Shown here piece after piece: positions 35,501 through 55,776 of a DNA stretch of 64,000 nucleotides. Below the pieces are notes generated by a model, which worked only from the letters and a program-made list of their open reading frames with translations, searched no databases and was not told the origin of the DNA. Position 1 is the first letter of the stretch. Each line of letters opens with the position of its first letter. A program made the translations under genes and the position numbers. The DNA comes from the human T2T-CHM13v2.0 reference genome, Homo sapiens, in assembly GCF_009914755.1 (NCBI RefSeq), contig NC_060947.1; one strand, written 5' to 3'.

Positions 35501-35905
35501 ACCTGCTAAGTCAAAGAGACAGCACAGAGCACAGCACTGCATACAAAACAGGCACTTTGTAGATTCTTGTTGAACGCATAAGGATGGCTGCCTATTACCT
35601 TGCTTTTCAGGTTACAATGTAATTATTCTCTCTGTAGGCAAAACCATTCATGATTTGAAAATATATATATTTCTCATCCAAACACTGTCATTGATCACAC
35701 TAAATTTACTTAATATCCACAGAGACAAGAGAAGGGAGAAACTCTAAGGCCACCAAATAGATCTGGCCAGCCACCAGCCACTTCCATTGGATTGGCTAAC
35801 TAAACCTTGTGGCCTTGCCAAGGTCCAGCTGGATTCATGGAAGCACAGTCATATCCACAGAGCACTTTACAGGGGCACCCACTTCCCAAAAACAAGATGG
35901 TCCTA

Positions 35906-37842
<1,937 letters not shown>

Positions 37843-37851
37843 CCAATGGGG

Positions 37852-37929
37852 GAGGAGAAAGAGAGAGAGAGAGAGAGACAGAAAGACAGAGAGACACAGG
37901 AGAGAGACAGAGAGATAGAGAGAGAGAGA
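37852..37929. repeat. GA-rich simple repeat
   Basis: Direct reading. Confidence 0.9.
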
Positions 37930-37964
37930 AATTCTCTGGGGAGCTTTTAAAACTAACAATGTCC

Positions 37965-38270
37965 GGCTGGGTGTTGTGGCTCACACCTGTAATCCCAGCA
38001 CTTTGGGAGGCCGAGGTGGGTGGATCACTTGAGGTCAGGAGTTTGAGACCACCCTGGCAAACACTGTGAAACCCCATCTCTACCAAAAAATACAAAAATT
38101 AGCCAGGTGTGGTGGTGCATGCCTGTAGTCCCAGCTACTCAGGAGGCTGAAGCAGGAGAATCGCTTAAACCCGGGAGATGGAGGCAGTCAGCCAAGATTG
38201 TGCCACTGGACCCTAGCCTGGGCGACAGAGTGAGTGAGACTTTGTCTCAAAAAACAAAACAAAACAAAAC
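37965..38270 (+). mobile_element. Alu inserted in MER5-like element (~37930-38398)
   Basis: TSD ctaacaatgtcc 37953-37964 / 38273-38284; gcagtcaaggttgagaacca end. Confidence 0.88.
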
Positions 38271-38766
38271 AGCTAACAATGTCCCAGCCTCATCGAGACC
38301 AATTAAATCAAAATGGTGAGGGAGTAGATCTGGACAGCAGTAGCTTTAAAAACTTCCCAGATGGTTCCAATATGCAGTCAAGGTTGAGAACCAGTGATCT
38401 GAGTGGTAGCAAATCCTTTCCCCTGGGACCACAGAGACATGGCGAGAACCTGGGAGGCTGCAAAGGAAATTCAGTACATTGAAAAGACAAGTATATTTCA
38501 TTGTGATTTTGTACTGGAATAAGCCTCACACTTTTAGGCTAATTTTTCATAAATAGCACTTTAATCCCTCTGCAATTTGAGGAACTCACCAGAATTCATT
38601 TCAATGCAATAAACATGCAGTTGTTGCCAACCGTAGATGTTCTCTAGACCTTTTGGTACCTTCAAAAATAATGATATTAAAAATAGTGGCTACAATTTCT
38701 TGTGTGCTAACCACATGCAAAGCTCTCTGCTCCCATTTTCTCTCTCTCCCCTCTCCCCCTCCATCC

Positions 38767-39041
38767 TTTTTTGGGGGGGGGCAGGTATCATGTCGTGATG
38801 GAGTGCATCACGGCTCACTGCAGCCTTGAACTCCAGGCTCAAGCGATCCTCCCACCTCAGCCACCCAAATAGCTGGGACAACAGGTGTGTGCCATCACAC
38901 TCAGCTAATTTTTAAAACTTTTGTAGAGACAGGTTGTCCCTATGTTGCCCAGGCTGGTCTCAAACTCCTGGGCTCAAGCGATCTTCTTGTCCGGGCCTCC
39001 CAAAATGTTGGGATTACAAGTGTGAGCCACTGCACATGGCC
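38767..39041 (-). mobile_element. Alu (J-like), altered 3' end
   Basis: Antisense dimer. Confidence 0.85.
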
Positions 39042-39044
39042 ACA

Positions 39045-39562
39045 TTTTCTCATTTAATCTTCACTGTAACCCTATGAGTGGGTACTATTATTGTTGCCAT
39101 TTTAAAAATATTCACTCTAAGGCACAGAAGGGTTAAGCAATTAGTCCAGATTACACAGCTGTAAGTTACAGAGCTAGGATTTGAGCCCTGGCAGAAAGAT
39201 TCCCGACCTTCACTGTCTAATGTGGTAGCCACCAGCCACATGGGGTTATTGAGCACTTCAAATTTGGCTAGTCCAAGTTAATATGTGCTGTCAACTTAAA
39301 AAAATACACCTGGTTTCAAAGAATATAAAATAGAATATAAAATATTCTATATAAAAAAATATTAAATAGAATATTAAAAAAGAATATAAAATATCTCAAT
39401 AATATTTTAATATTATCACATGTTGAGATGATAGTTTAATATAAGTCAAAATACAGGACTATACTTAATTTTCCATGAATCTTCTTATTTTTAAAATGAG
39501 GCTATTAGAAAACTTAAAATTACATATCCGACCCACATTATTTTTCCATTGCACAACTGCTC
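39045..39562. mobile_element. MIR (39045-39210) then MER33-like Charlie element (39212-39562)
   Basis: ggtagccaccagccacatgg...ttgagcacttcaaat...aaaattacatat. Confidence 0.7.
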
Positions 39563-39749
39563 CAGTGGCAGCATGGTAACCACGACTTTTGCTTGAATCA
39601 GAGATTAAGCAGATTATTCATGCTGGCAAGAAGCTTACGGTTTGAGTAGGAAGAATGTAAGAATCAAGTATTTATCTCCAAAATTATATTATAATTAAGT
39701 GCTAGGAAGGAGGAAGGAGAGAGAATTTCTAGTGTGTTATGTGGCAGGG

Positions 39750-40637
<888 letters not shown>

Positions 40638-41468
40638 CAGTCTTCTGGGTTCTAGACATAACATGGTTGACCTTAGACTCCAGGCTGGCCCCAAGGCATG
40701 TGAAGGATAGAGGGAGGGAGGAAGGGAGGAAAGAAGGAAGGCAAAGCTTGACTCTCTGGGAGCTGGGGACATCACTTCCCTCTGGCCTAAATTTGCCCAT
40801 CTTGAAAAGGGGAGATAGCAGTAGATGATCCATAAGTGTCTCCCCAACCACACCATGAGGCCACTATTCTAAAACCTGTGTTGATAGGAGTAGATGTCAG
40901 TAAGGCATAATAAACTTACCATCTGAAATTACATACCAACCCTATTTTGTTCTCAAGATGTGTCTTTATTAGCTACATTTCCCTTCTTGTGCCTGTGATA
41001 AATAGTCTCCAAAGAAAATTTTCTATTGCAACAAATTTATAGGTGAAAATTTGGTGAAGTGGGAGTGGGTTGGGAGAACATGTAAAATATTTAAAGATCA
41101 CTAAAGATACTTTGCTGCCCAAGAAACTTCAATGACTACGATACAAAGGAGAAAAAAACATAACCACAAGGAGTTATGGAACCAAAAGTGATAAGCATCA
41201 GCTTAAAACTTTCAGGCCTTTGCTTCTTACTGATTCTAAACAGAAAAAATCCATAAACCATAATAGTGCTCCATTTAAATTACTTACAGCAAGTGCTGCT
41301 TTTCAGAGCCTGTCAGACATCATGGTGCTCTTTCAACTGCACTTTGAGTGTACAAAGCAAATCAATATGGATAGAAACAGTTGTAATTTTGGCCAGTTTA
41401 CAAGTGTATCTTTTCACTGCATACAATCAGTTTTGATGTAAATGGTTCTAAATACACATATATTTGTG

Positions 41469-41919
41469 TGTGAACAAAAGTTCTAAGAAAAAGAATTTGG
41501 AGGAAAGACTTTCTTGAGGTGAACAGTTTGCAAGCCAGGGAGATGCAGCCTTTGGTATAAAATGAAGACGCATTCCAGAGAACAAAAGCAGGGTTCAAGT
41601 TTTATAGCATAAGCTCCCACCCAGGTTCCTAATCATGCCCATTTATGCAAATAAAGGATTCAAACTCTCTTAGTTCCAATTGGCTGATCCCTGATTAGTC
41701 GAGGCAGGTGAGCTCTGATTGATTGGTTCAGGTGAGCTCTCATTGGTTGGTTCATGTAAACTCTGGAAGTCCCAAAGTTAAACAGAGGTGAGTTTTTGGA
41801 GGAACTCAGAGTAAATGTGTGACCTCTAGTCAGCAAATGGCCACTTGGCTCTATTTTAAATTTAGGCCTAATTAGCCACTTGGGATCCATCTTGAAGAAT
41901 TGGGTTTTTCAGGTTCACA
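41469..41919 (-). mobile_element. Solo LTR, LTR47-like (ERVL)
   Basis: 7-bp terminal inverted repeats tgtgaac/gttcaca, ~450 bp, repeated CCAAT units; family name from recall. Confidence 0.65.
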
Positions 41920-42365
41920 TGACACATGGTTTTCTACATATACAGCTCTGCTGAAAAAGGGAATTGATCCCCACTGTAGGCACAGCTCTGTCAGACTCCC
42001 TCAGAGGCTGAGCAGAGAAGGAGCAGGCCACGAAGGTGGAGAAGATTAAACAAATATGATTTCAGCAGAGTGGACCATAAAATGCCCCTTCCTCTGGCAA
42101 TTCCATATATCTCAATATAGAGCCAGTCCTTGTCAAAATTGCCCAATGGGCAGTTAGAGAAAAGGGTAGAAGCCTTGAATCAAATTGTATCATGGAGGCA
42201 GGGTAGAGAAAGTGTGAAGAAGAGTGTGTCTCTGTGGCCTGTAACGATTTCAACAGATAATTTGACAGCTTGAGCACTAGGAAACAGCTTGTCATCCAAT
42301 ACCCTTCCACCAAAATTAGGTTGCCATAGTTGTCATTGTCATAGTTGTGATGGAGCCCTTACTCC

Positions 42366-42565
42366 AGTATTTCTCTAAACGGTCTAGGAACCACCTGCAT
42401 CAGTATCAGGGATTGAATGAAGCTTTTTTGAAATATTGATTCTCTGATTCCTATGTTGGGCTTCAGATACATTGAATTATATTCTTTGGGAGTGGGGCCT
42501 AGGCACATGCATTTTAATAAGCTCCCAGGTGATTGAACGCATTATCAGAGTTTGAGAACTACTGC
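42366..42565. mobile_element. MER5-like
   Basis: cacctgcatcag...gcattttaataagctcccaggtgat...tttgagaactactg. Confidence 0.65.
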
Positions 42566-42859
42566 TTCACAATATAAGACTTTGAGGTGTACATCATGTC
42601 ATGTGTAGTACTTGGCAGTGTTGCTTAGTGAATTCAAACAATTCTGATAAATGATTGGTTTGTACATTACTTGCTCAAAGTGAAGTGCTTAGCTTTCTTC
42701 TCCTTCTTAGATCTGCAATATCTATGAACAATATCAGAGTGATAGACTGAAGACTGGGCATAGGCAGAGAATGTTACTGCCTTCAAAGAGAAAATTGAGA
42801 CTCTAGCTTCAACTACCTCAACTTCTTCCTTGCCTGAGGCTGTTCTTACAGGGAGAATG

Positions 42860-43090
42860 TTCAGCCTGCTACCATCATAATGTTAACTGCAGATTTTTCA
42901 GAGTTATCCTTTAATAGATTAAGGAAAGTCCCATCAATTAATCAGTTGCTAAGAGTTGTTTTTTATTTTAATCAGGAATGGAGGTTGGATTTTGTCAAAT
43001 ATTTTTCTGCGTCTCTTCAGATGATCAAATGTTTTTTCTTTTTTCATTCTGTTAATTTGGTAATTAAATTGATTTTTGAGTGCTTAAACT
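42860..43090 (-). mobile_element. L1 ORF2 fragment
   Basis: ttaaggaaagtccc...ttgctaagagtt...ggattttgtcaaat. Confidence 0.65.
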
Positions 43091-44394
43091 TTGTGCTTTA
43101 GCAACTCATGGAAGATTCCAAAAGTTTGCACCAGTTATTCTCAGCCAGAGATAATGGTCTAGCTTTGATTCTACATTATTTGTTGAGATCATCTCAAAAG
43201 TTAGATTTTTTTGCTCGTTTTGTCGTTGATTTCTTTTTAAAAAGTAACATTCCTTGTATTAATAGAGACTGAAAAGCTAATATGTTTTGGGGGCAATATA
43301 AAAACATAAAAGCTTTAAGCAATTGTTCACTATATACTTGTATCTTATAATATGGGTGTATTGTATTTCCATTTCATTAACTCTAAAGAGTTAACAAATC
43401 ATACCCATTTTCTGTTAGTTTTATTATTTTTCAGTAAATTACTTTTAACTCCCTTACTTAATTCTAAGTACCATTTCCATTTACCATCTGAGTATCTATG
43501 GAGATAACATTGCAATTTATTTCTTACGTTAACCTGGGTTCATAGGTGACATCCAGTTCTATTTAGCCAAAGGGGATTAAGTGATAGACACACCAAACTA
43601 GATGCTCTCGGAAAGTTTATTTTGATTATGTAGTAAGTGTCCTGCTGTACAGTAGTTGATGTCTGTTCACTCACTCTATTTAATGTCTCTTCTTTTTCAT
43701 CGTTGTTTGGGCCTTAATTTTAGTCTAGTTAGTAAAGCTAACAGTGGAGAGGATTTTAGAGTAGCTCTTTCCACTGAAAGAGAATCTGTTGGTGAACTTA
43801 TATTTTAATTTCTTGGCTTGCTTGACGTATTCTTTTCCATCTCTTTTCTTGGGTCTCCTGTTTACTCAATGCATATTTGACAAGGAATTGCTATAAATAC
43901 CCAGAATTATCTGACTATAAAAAATCACTTTCAAATTATTTAATTGTTTGCATCTTTCTTGGTTGGTAGAAACATCCCAGAACACTTAGTAGTAAAGAGG
44001 GAAGAAGGAAGTTCCATTTTTCCATTTATCCATTTAAGATTTTTCTTTTCTTTTTGGTGGGGTAGATGGGCAGAAATAAAATATAATAAAGTATTAATAG
44101 TGAAAGGATAATAAAAAGAACACTGGTATTGTATATTCAGGTGACTTAAAATTCTCTGTTATAGAATTAATTTTATTCTTCAGGAAATTCTAGCAAGGTA
44201 GTAATAATGTGGATGAGATGATTCAAAAGGTACCCAAGGAACTGTCAGCGATGTCCTAAAGGTGGAGGATGTGAACCTGTTTTATTTTGGTGGAGAGAGT
44301 TGGAGGGGAGTTAGGAGGCAAAGAATTGCTATCAGGATTTCTAGACAGATGTTGTCATGTGTAATTAGTATGTCACCTATTTTTCTTTTCTTCA

Positions 44395-46068
44395 CTATCA
44401 GTCAAATATTACTGAGTAACAACCAAGCACAAAATCTCAGTGAGACACAGTGATATGCTTATTTCTTTCTCTTTTTTTTTGGGAGGGAGGGGGGAAGACA
44501 GGGTCTCACTCTGTCACCCAGGCTGGAGTACAGTGGTGCAATCATGGCTTACTACAGCCTTGACCTCCCAGGGCTCAAGCGATCCTCCCACCTCAGCCTT
44601 CTGAGTAACTGGGAGTACACCACCATCCCTGGCTATTTTTTATAATTGTTTTTATAGATGAGGATCTCACTATGTTGCCCAGGCTTGTCTTAAACTCTTA
44701 GGTCCAAGCCATCCTACTGCCTCAGCCACGCAAATTGCTGGGATTACAAAAGTGAGCCACCATGCCAGGCCTAATTTATTATATATTAATTAAGCGTTGG
44801 CTGATCAAGGCAGCTTGGCCGGGCAGCCATGCTTCAAGCTATGGATCTGACTGGGGTTGGTTCACCACTGCTGGTTAGTTCTGATCTGCTCCAGGTGTGT
44901 TCATTCTGGGGCTCAGGATGAAGGTGCTCTGGCTACCCACGGAAAGCCCTTCTGGCCATGGCAGAGACACAGAAGTAAGTGAACAAAGGATCTCTTTAGA
45001 CATTTGTCAAAAGACAATATACAAATGATCAATAAGGACATGAAAAATTGTTCAACATCACTAGTTATTACATAAATGCAAATCAAAACCACAATGAGAT
45101 ACCACTGCACACACACTAGGATGGCTATAATAAAAAAGTTAGATAGTACCAATTGTTGGTGAGCATGTGAAGAAATCATATACTGCTGCGGGAATGTAAA
45201 ATAATACAACCACTTTAGAAAACTGTTTGATAAGTTCTTCAAATGGTTAAACATAGAGTTACCATATAACCCAAGAACTCCACTCCTAGATATATACTCA
45301 AGAGATCTGAAAACATACATCCACACAAAAACTTGTACACAAATGTTTAAGTAGCATTATTCATGATAGCCATGGAGATATAGAAACAACCCAAATGTTC
45401 ATCAACTGACAAATGGATAAATAAAATGGGAAGTATCCATATTATAATGGAATATTATTTAGCCACAAAAGGAATTAAGTTCTGATTCATGCTACAACAT
45501 GGATGAAACTTGAGTACACTGTGCCAGGTATTAAGAGGCCAGTCGTAAGGATTATGTATTGTGTGATTCTTTTTATATGAAATGTCCAGAATAGGCAAAT
45601 CCATAGAGACAGAAAGTAAACTCCTGGTTACCAGAGGCCAGAGAGGGGAGTTGGAGAGAATGGGAAGTGGCTTCTAATAAGCATGAGGGGGTTCTGTTTG
45701 GGATGTTGAGAATAAAATTGATTGTGGTGATCATTATATGACTCTACTTTACTAAAAGCCACTGAATTATGTACTTTACATGGGTGAATTATATGTTATG
45801 TGAATATCTCAATAAAATTTATATACATACATACATACATATGTACATAGAGAAACATGCACTGACTCTTAAAGTCTGGTCTTGAAATTAGCACACTGTC
45901 ACTTCTACTTGTATTCTAATGAGCAAAGTAAGTCACATGGCAGAGCCCAAAGTCAAGAAGTGGGGAAGTGCATTTGGCCTTTACTAGGAGGAACAGCAAA
46001 GTTACATGGCAAAATACATGGACACAAGGTGAGGTGAAGAATTGATGCCAATAATTTAATCTACCACA
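44395..46068 (-). mobile_element. MLT1 (H/I-like) LTR split by antisense Alu (44462-44771) and sense L1MB 3' end (~44985-45820)
   Basis: agtaacaac...aaatctcagtg start; agtcacatggcagagccca...aatctaccaca end; L1 atgcaaatcaaaaccacaatgagatacc. Confidence 0.75.
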
Positions 46069-46225
46069 CCACACTAATATTTTCCCTTTTTCTTCCTATT
46101 CATGTTCTAGGCCTCATTCAAAGACCACACAACAGCTGGCCATTACTGCTACTGTATTGAAATATTCAATATGGATACCTGAAAACAACACTTAAATAAC
46201 TATAATTGTTTTTCTTTCCTTATAA

Positions 46226-46654
<429 letters not shown>

Positions 46655-46748
46655 TAGGATTATGTACCCTGTGCCCAGCTAGGATTATGTTCTTAAGATA
46701 CATCCTCCAGGGCAATACAAGCTTTCGTGAAATAAAAACAAGTGGAAA

Positions 46749-46765
46749 TTACCTAATTACCTGCT

Positions 46766-46837
<72 letters not shown>

Positions 46838-46971
46838 GACACATAGAGACACTCTATATATATAGACACATAGAGACACTATATATATATAGACACATAG
46901 AGACACTATATATATACACACACACATACATATATATATATATAAAATAGTTACCTAATTACCTGCTACTT

Positions 46972-47003
<32 letters not shown>

Positions 47004-47075
47004 CATAGAGTGTAGGAGGTAATTCATATATATAAAATCTATATTGATAGATAGATAGAGTGAGTGAGTGAGTGA
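46749..47075. repeat. Compound (CT)n(AT)n microsatellite with 27-bp x3 minisatellite
   Basis: agacacatagagacact at 46837, 46864, 46891; ttacctaattacctgct at 46749 and 46951. Confidence 0.92.
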
Positions 47076-47077
47076 GT

Positions 47078-47220
47078 GAAGGTCTTTCTCTGTTACACAT
47101 GCTGGAGTGCAGTGACATGATCGTAGCTCACTGCAGCCCTGAACTCCTGGGTTCAAGTGATCCGCCTGCCTCAGCCTCCCAAAGAGCTGGGATTACAGAC
47201 ATGAGTCACCACACCCAGCC
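47078..47220 (-). mobile_element. Alu monomer
   Basis: Right-arm end joined to left-arm start. Confidence 0.8.
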
Positions 47221-47445
47221 CTGCTACAAAATATTTAAAACAACTTGGTTAACTCCAGTGCTGTTCATTGTAGTAGTTCAACTGGGACTTTCATCTGACA
47301 CTTCAAATAAAAAAAATGTAAATACCCTTGCTGGACAGTAAGAGTAGATCCCAGGGAAACCCAAACTCTTTGACTGCAGTGAGATTTTATTTTTCTTTCA
47401 ATAAGTATATGAGACTTAAACTCTTTGTGGGCATTTATTTTTCTA

Positions 47446-48423
<978 letters not shown>

Positions 48424-48893
48424 AATTCTACTTCTAGAAATTTATTCTAATGCAGTAATCAGAGTTTGGCATAGAGATGTATATATTAAGTTGAATAATA
48501 TGAAATTGCTGATATTTGACCATTTTTCACCTTCAACAATGACAATTATATATGGTTTAATCTAATGCAAAGATGTTAATCACAGTGTTAATTATGATGT
48601 GGATAGCTAGGGATGAGTGAAATGTCCAACAATAAAGTATTGGTTTAATAAATTATGGCAACCGATATACTAGAATTCTATGAAGCCACTAAAAATTGTA
48701 ATGATTGAAATGTATTTTTATTGTCACAGAATGAGGAGGTTCCTGATGTATTAGGAGAAAATGATATCATAAAACAGAATGTATAATAAGATCTAATTTT
48801 TATTTAAAATTATATAAACATATATTTAGATTAAAAAATTAGAATAATATACACCAAAATGTTCATGGTAATTATCTCTTAGTTGTAAGATTG

Positions 48894-49269
48894 TGATATG
48901 GTTTGACTCTGTGTCCCCACCCAAATCTCATCTTGAATGGTACCCCCATAATTCCCACATGTTGTGGGAGGGACCTGGTGGGAGATAATTGAATCATGGG
49001 GGCAGTTTTCTCCATACTGTCCTCTTGGTAGTTAATAAGTCTCATGAGATCTAATGGTTTTATCAGGGGTTTCCACTTTTGCATCTTCCTCTCTCTCTCT
49101 TTGCCTGCTGCCATCCATGTAAGACGTGACTTGCTCCTCCTTGCCATCTGCCATGATTGTGAGGCTTCCCCAGCCACATGGAACTATAAGTCCAATTAAA
49201 CCTCTTTCTTTTGTAAATTGCCCAGTCTCGAGTATGTCTTTATCAGCAGTGTGAAAATGGACAAATACA
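48894..49269 (+). mobile_element. Complete THE1 (B/C-like) MaLR solo LTR inside an L1ME remnant
   Basis: tgatatggtttg...aataca, 376 bp, 5-bp TSD gattg at 48889-48893 and 49270-49274. Confidence 0.93.
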
Positions 49270-49308
49270 GATTGCCTGTCATTTTTACAGTCTACATTAG
49301 GATTTCTG

Positions 49309-49928
49309 TTTTTTTTGTTTTTGTTTTTTGTTTTGTTTTGTTTTGAGACAGGGTCTCATTCTGACACCCAGGCTGGAGAGCAGTGGTGCAATCTCAGTTC
49401 ACTGCAACCTCTGCCTACCGGGCTGAAGCAATCCTCCCACCTCGGCCTCCTGAGTAGCTAGGACTACAGGCATATGCCACCATGCTCAGCTAAATTTTTA
49501 TATATTTTTTGTAGAGACAGAGTTTCACCATGTTTCCCAGGCTGATCTCAAACTCCTGGGCTCAAGTGATCCACCTGCTTCAGTCTCCCAAATTGCTGGG
49601 ATTATACATGTGAGCCACCGTGCCTGGCCTGTATTTTCTAATTTTTGACAATAGAGTATAATTTTATTATATAAAAATCAATTCCATGAGAAAATAATAA
49701 GTCATGATCATCTGTGATAGGAAGAGACAGAAAGAATTTTGGCCCCATCTCTACAAAAAAGTTTTAAAATTCGCCAGGCCTAGTGGTGCAGGCCTGTAGT
49801 CCTAGCAGCTCAGGAGGCAAGAGGATCACTTGAGCCCATGAGGTTGAGAGTACAGTGAGCCATGATGGCAACATTGCACTCCAGCCTAGGCAACAGAGTG
49901 AGACTCTGTCTCAAAGGAAAAAAGAAAA
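49309..49928. mobile_element. Alu J-like 49309-49629 (-) and 5'-truncated Alu 49742-49928 (+)
   Basis: Alu motifs. Confidence 0.88.
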
Positions 49929-50149
49929 GAGTTTTGGAATCTGTATGGTTGAACCCAGTATTATTTTAAAGTATGATGTACAATGAAAAAGGTTGCATTT
50001 AGGAAATCTTGTTTCTAGCTTATAGTACTTACAACAGGTTAGATGGTACACATACTTCTTAGCTAGGGATTCAGGCCACCCCAAAGTTGTATTATACGAC
50101 ACTGTTGCTTCCCAAATTCTGTTCCCACCCTCAACTTTGCTCTTCTTTT

Positions 50150-50760
50150 CTCCCAAACATACTCCAAATGGCCTCACCTCTGTTCCTTTGAGTAGGCTGC
50201 TCCTGCTACCGGAAATTTTCTGCCCACCTTCTCTGTTAGTTGAAATGTCATTTATCCTTCAAGGTTTAAGTAACTGTCACCTCTTCCCTGAAGCGTCCCC
50301 TAATCCCTCCATTCAAAAACGAACCACTTTTCTCCTCAATCCCTTCCAATAACATTCGTTAGCAACCGCTGGCACTTGCCTAATATCCCACTGGTTGCTG
50401 TCTGCTGCTGGAGGGCAGGGACTAGGTCTGAGCCATGTCTGTAGCTTCTAGAGTCTCCAGAACAGTGTCACGAACCCACTGGGCTCTCCAATTTGGGTCT
50501 GGCAAGGCTTGTATGATCTGGCTTTTGCCTGCTGCCTTAGCCTGATTTCTAGCCACCCTCCTCCTTTCTGCAGCTACACTGGCCTTTTGTCAGTTCCTCA
50601 AATGTGCCAAGTACTTTCCTCCCTTGGGGCTGTTGCCCACACTGTCCTCTCTGCCTGAAATGCTTTCTCATCCATTCTTCATCTTGTTAACTCTAACTCA
50701 TCCTTCTCTCTCTGCTTAAAACATCACTTCTCAAGAAAGCCTGCCCTGACCTCTCAGAAA
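50150..50760 (+). mobile_element. L2 fragments
   Basis: tcacctcttccctgaagc, ctggagggcagggact, ctctgcctgaaatgct. Confidence 0.6.
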
Positions 50761-51194
50761 AAAACCTGCATAGTTATCACCCAGCCACAATCTCATAAGC
50801 TTGTAGTCATGGGAGAAGGGGTGAATGAGGGAAAGTGGAGGACTCCAAACAGACTCACCCACTCTCTCCACCACCATGACTAGGAGACGCACACTAAATG
50901 CCTGCCCTGTGGGCTGTCAGTCAGGAGGTTAACACAAGACCTGCTCCTTTTCTAGGATGCCCTATGCCTCCCAGCCTATTCCTTTGCTCCTTGGGGCATA
51001 ATGATTTTTAAGACTCTCCCAAGCTTCTCTCATTCAGAAGAGCAGCAAAATGTGTCAGAAAGAAGGATCAGATCATGTGGGTCCTAAATCTTGATTTGCT
51101 GTGGAGAGGCCTCACATCTTGAAACCTTGTGAACTTTTGGTCCTTGGCGATCAGGAATTTGAGATTGGAACGAAGTAATGCAAGTGAAGAATAA

Positions 51195-52995
<1,801 letters not shown>

Positions 52996-52999
52996 TAAG

Positions 53000-53320
53000 A
53001 GTTTTATTATGGGAAATATCAATCATACATTAAGGTTGAAAGAATGGTAAGATTAGCTCCCATGCATGCATCACCCTCTTTCAACAATACTCATTCATAG
53101 CCAATCTTATTTCATTAATACCCTCACCCATTCTCCAACTCCCCGTCTTCCCCCACCCTGTTATTTTGAAGCAAATCCAGACATCATATTATTTTATTAG
53201 CAAATATTTTAATATGTTTCTCTAAAAGATAGACCCTTTTAATGAACAGAATCACAGTATCATTATCACAGTTAAAACATGGCCAATTCTTTACTATTAC
53301 CAAATATCCAGTCTGATCAC
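53000..53320 (-). mobile_element. L1MC4/5-like 3' end
   Basis: ttattttgaagcaaatccagacatcat...aatatccagtc. Confidence 0.7.
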
Positions 53321-54153
53321 TATTTAATTCTTCTCTATGTTATTCACCACATTTGATTTCATTTCTTTGAGGAAAAAGAAGTGGGAAAGGTAGGTCTGGG
53401 AAAGGGAAGTGGGAATAGAAATATGAATATGACACTTTGATCTCCAGAAGGCCATGGATGAAATGATTCCTTATGTCTGTACAATACGTTTAACTCTTTA
53501 CACTTTTCTGATTTTTTGAAATATGTCTGATTTCACTTGATCCCTAGAACAACTTTGTATACACAGCGAAGAGTATTGTGCTTAAAATTTTGTCAGACAA
53601 AATAGATACAGTGGGTTAAGTGGTTTAACTTACAGAGATAGTAATAGAACTGTAACAAGAACCTAGACCACCTGACTCCTAATTAGGCCTCTTTCCATCT
53701 TGCCACATATGAAAGATGGCAGGAGAGGTTATGATGTGATGATAGGAGACAGTATGGAGAGATAGTAGTGAACATTTCTGGAGCACTTACTCTGTGGCTG
53801 GGGGTTATACTATCTACATTACGTATGTTATATCATTTATTCTTCTCATCCACTGTCTATGATTCCACTCTTATAGAGAAGGGCACTGAAGATATGGAGG
53901 TTAAAATGTTCCCGGGAACAAACAGCTGGGAGATGGCAGAGCTGGAATTGGCAGCCAGATCATTGTAATACTAGCATCACAGTGCATGACCACTATGTTA
54001 CACTTGACAAAGCACAAGTTCTGGAGTCAGACGGACTTGACTTTGAATCCTGGCTTTTAGTCACTTTGTGACTGTGGGTAACAGCTTCCTCATCTTTAAA
54101 TGGGATTCAGAGTACCTAACTCTTAATGTGAGGATCAAATAAGATCATCTGTG

Positions 54154-54550
<397 letters not shown>

Positions 54551-54552
54551 AA

Positions 54553-54579
54553 CAAAGAAAGAAAGAAAGAAAGAAGAAA

Positions 54580-54647
<68 letters not shown>
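54553..54647. repeat. (GAAA)n tetranucleotide STR derived from Alu tail
   Basis: Direct reading. Confidence 0.96.
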
Positions 54648-55387
54648 ATCACCCATGTAAATTATTTAGTACATCACCTGGCACAGAGTAAAGGCTCAAT
54701 AAATGTAAGCTACCGAAAAAGGGAGGAGGGAGATTATAAAAGCACTATCTCCACCAATGTGTCCCAGCCAAAGGAAATTTATCTCCTTTCTGATCAGCCC
54801 CTTAAACTAGTCCCATCTCATATTATCCCAGCAATATGTGATTCATAATCAGCGTTTCTCTACATTTTTATACTTGGAATAAAATGACAGTATATTTTAT
54901 ACTTTGAAATTAAAGAGCGTTTTAATTCTAAGGATTTCTATTCTCAAAGGCACAATAGGTTTGCTGTGGAAATTCCAAATCCAGTCTGCTATAAGCTGCA
55001 TGGGCTCTTGTCCTTTCATCTTATGAAACATTTGAAAACTAGTACCAAGTGATTCTGGGAAAACTTTTCTGTAGTTGAAGGAAAAGATGTATAACTGAGA
55101 AAGTCCTTGGATGGTGTGAAAATTGTACAAATTTCATAAATGTGGTGGGGGTGAGGGAGTAAAAGAAGTGTGATTTCCAGCTTCCCCTATTGCCCCCTAT
55201 CTCTGAGCACCTACAGATTCCCAAGTATTTTAGGCAGGAAAGTAGGAGTACAAAAGTGGTTAGGCAGGACTGAACAAAAGTGGTGCAGCATGTACCAAGC
55301 AGAAGCAATTAATTTCCAGAAAGATGATTCCTATGTTCCAAGAGCCAAGAGCCAGAAGAGGCAGGGGCCATGGCCAGGTCTGTTAAC

Positions 55388-55707
<320 letters not shown>

Positions 55708-55776
55708 TAGGTTGAGGGCAGAGAGGAACAAGGTCAGTGAAAGAATAATCCTTTGCACAGCTTTTACTGAGCAAAC

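Noticed and set aside
44913-45326. 137-aa minus-strand ORF
   Set aside because: Antisense frame of an L1MB fragment.
46837-46910. Regularly spaced direct repeats resembling a CRISPR array
   Set aside because: 27-bp period with (AT)n spacers in primate DNA; a minisatellite with no unique spacers or cas genes.
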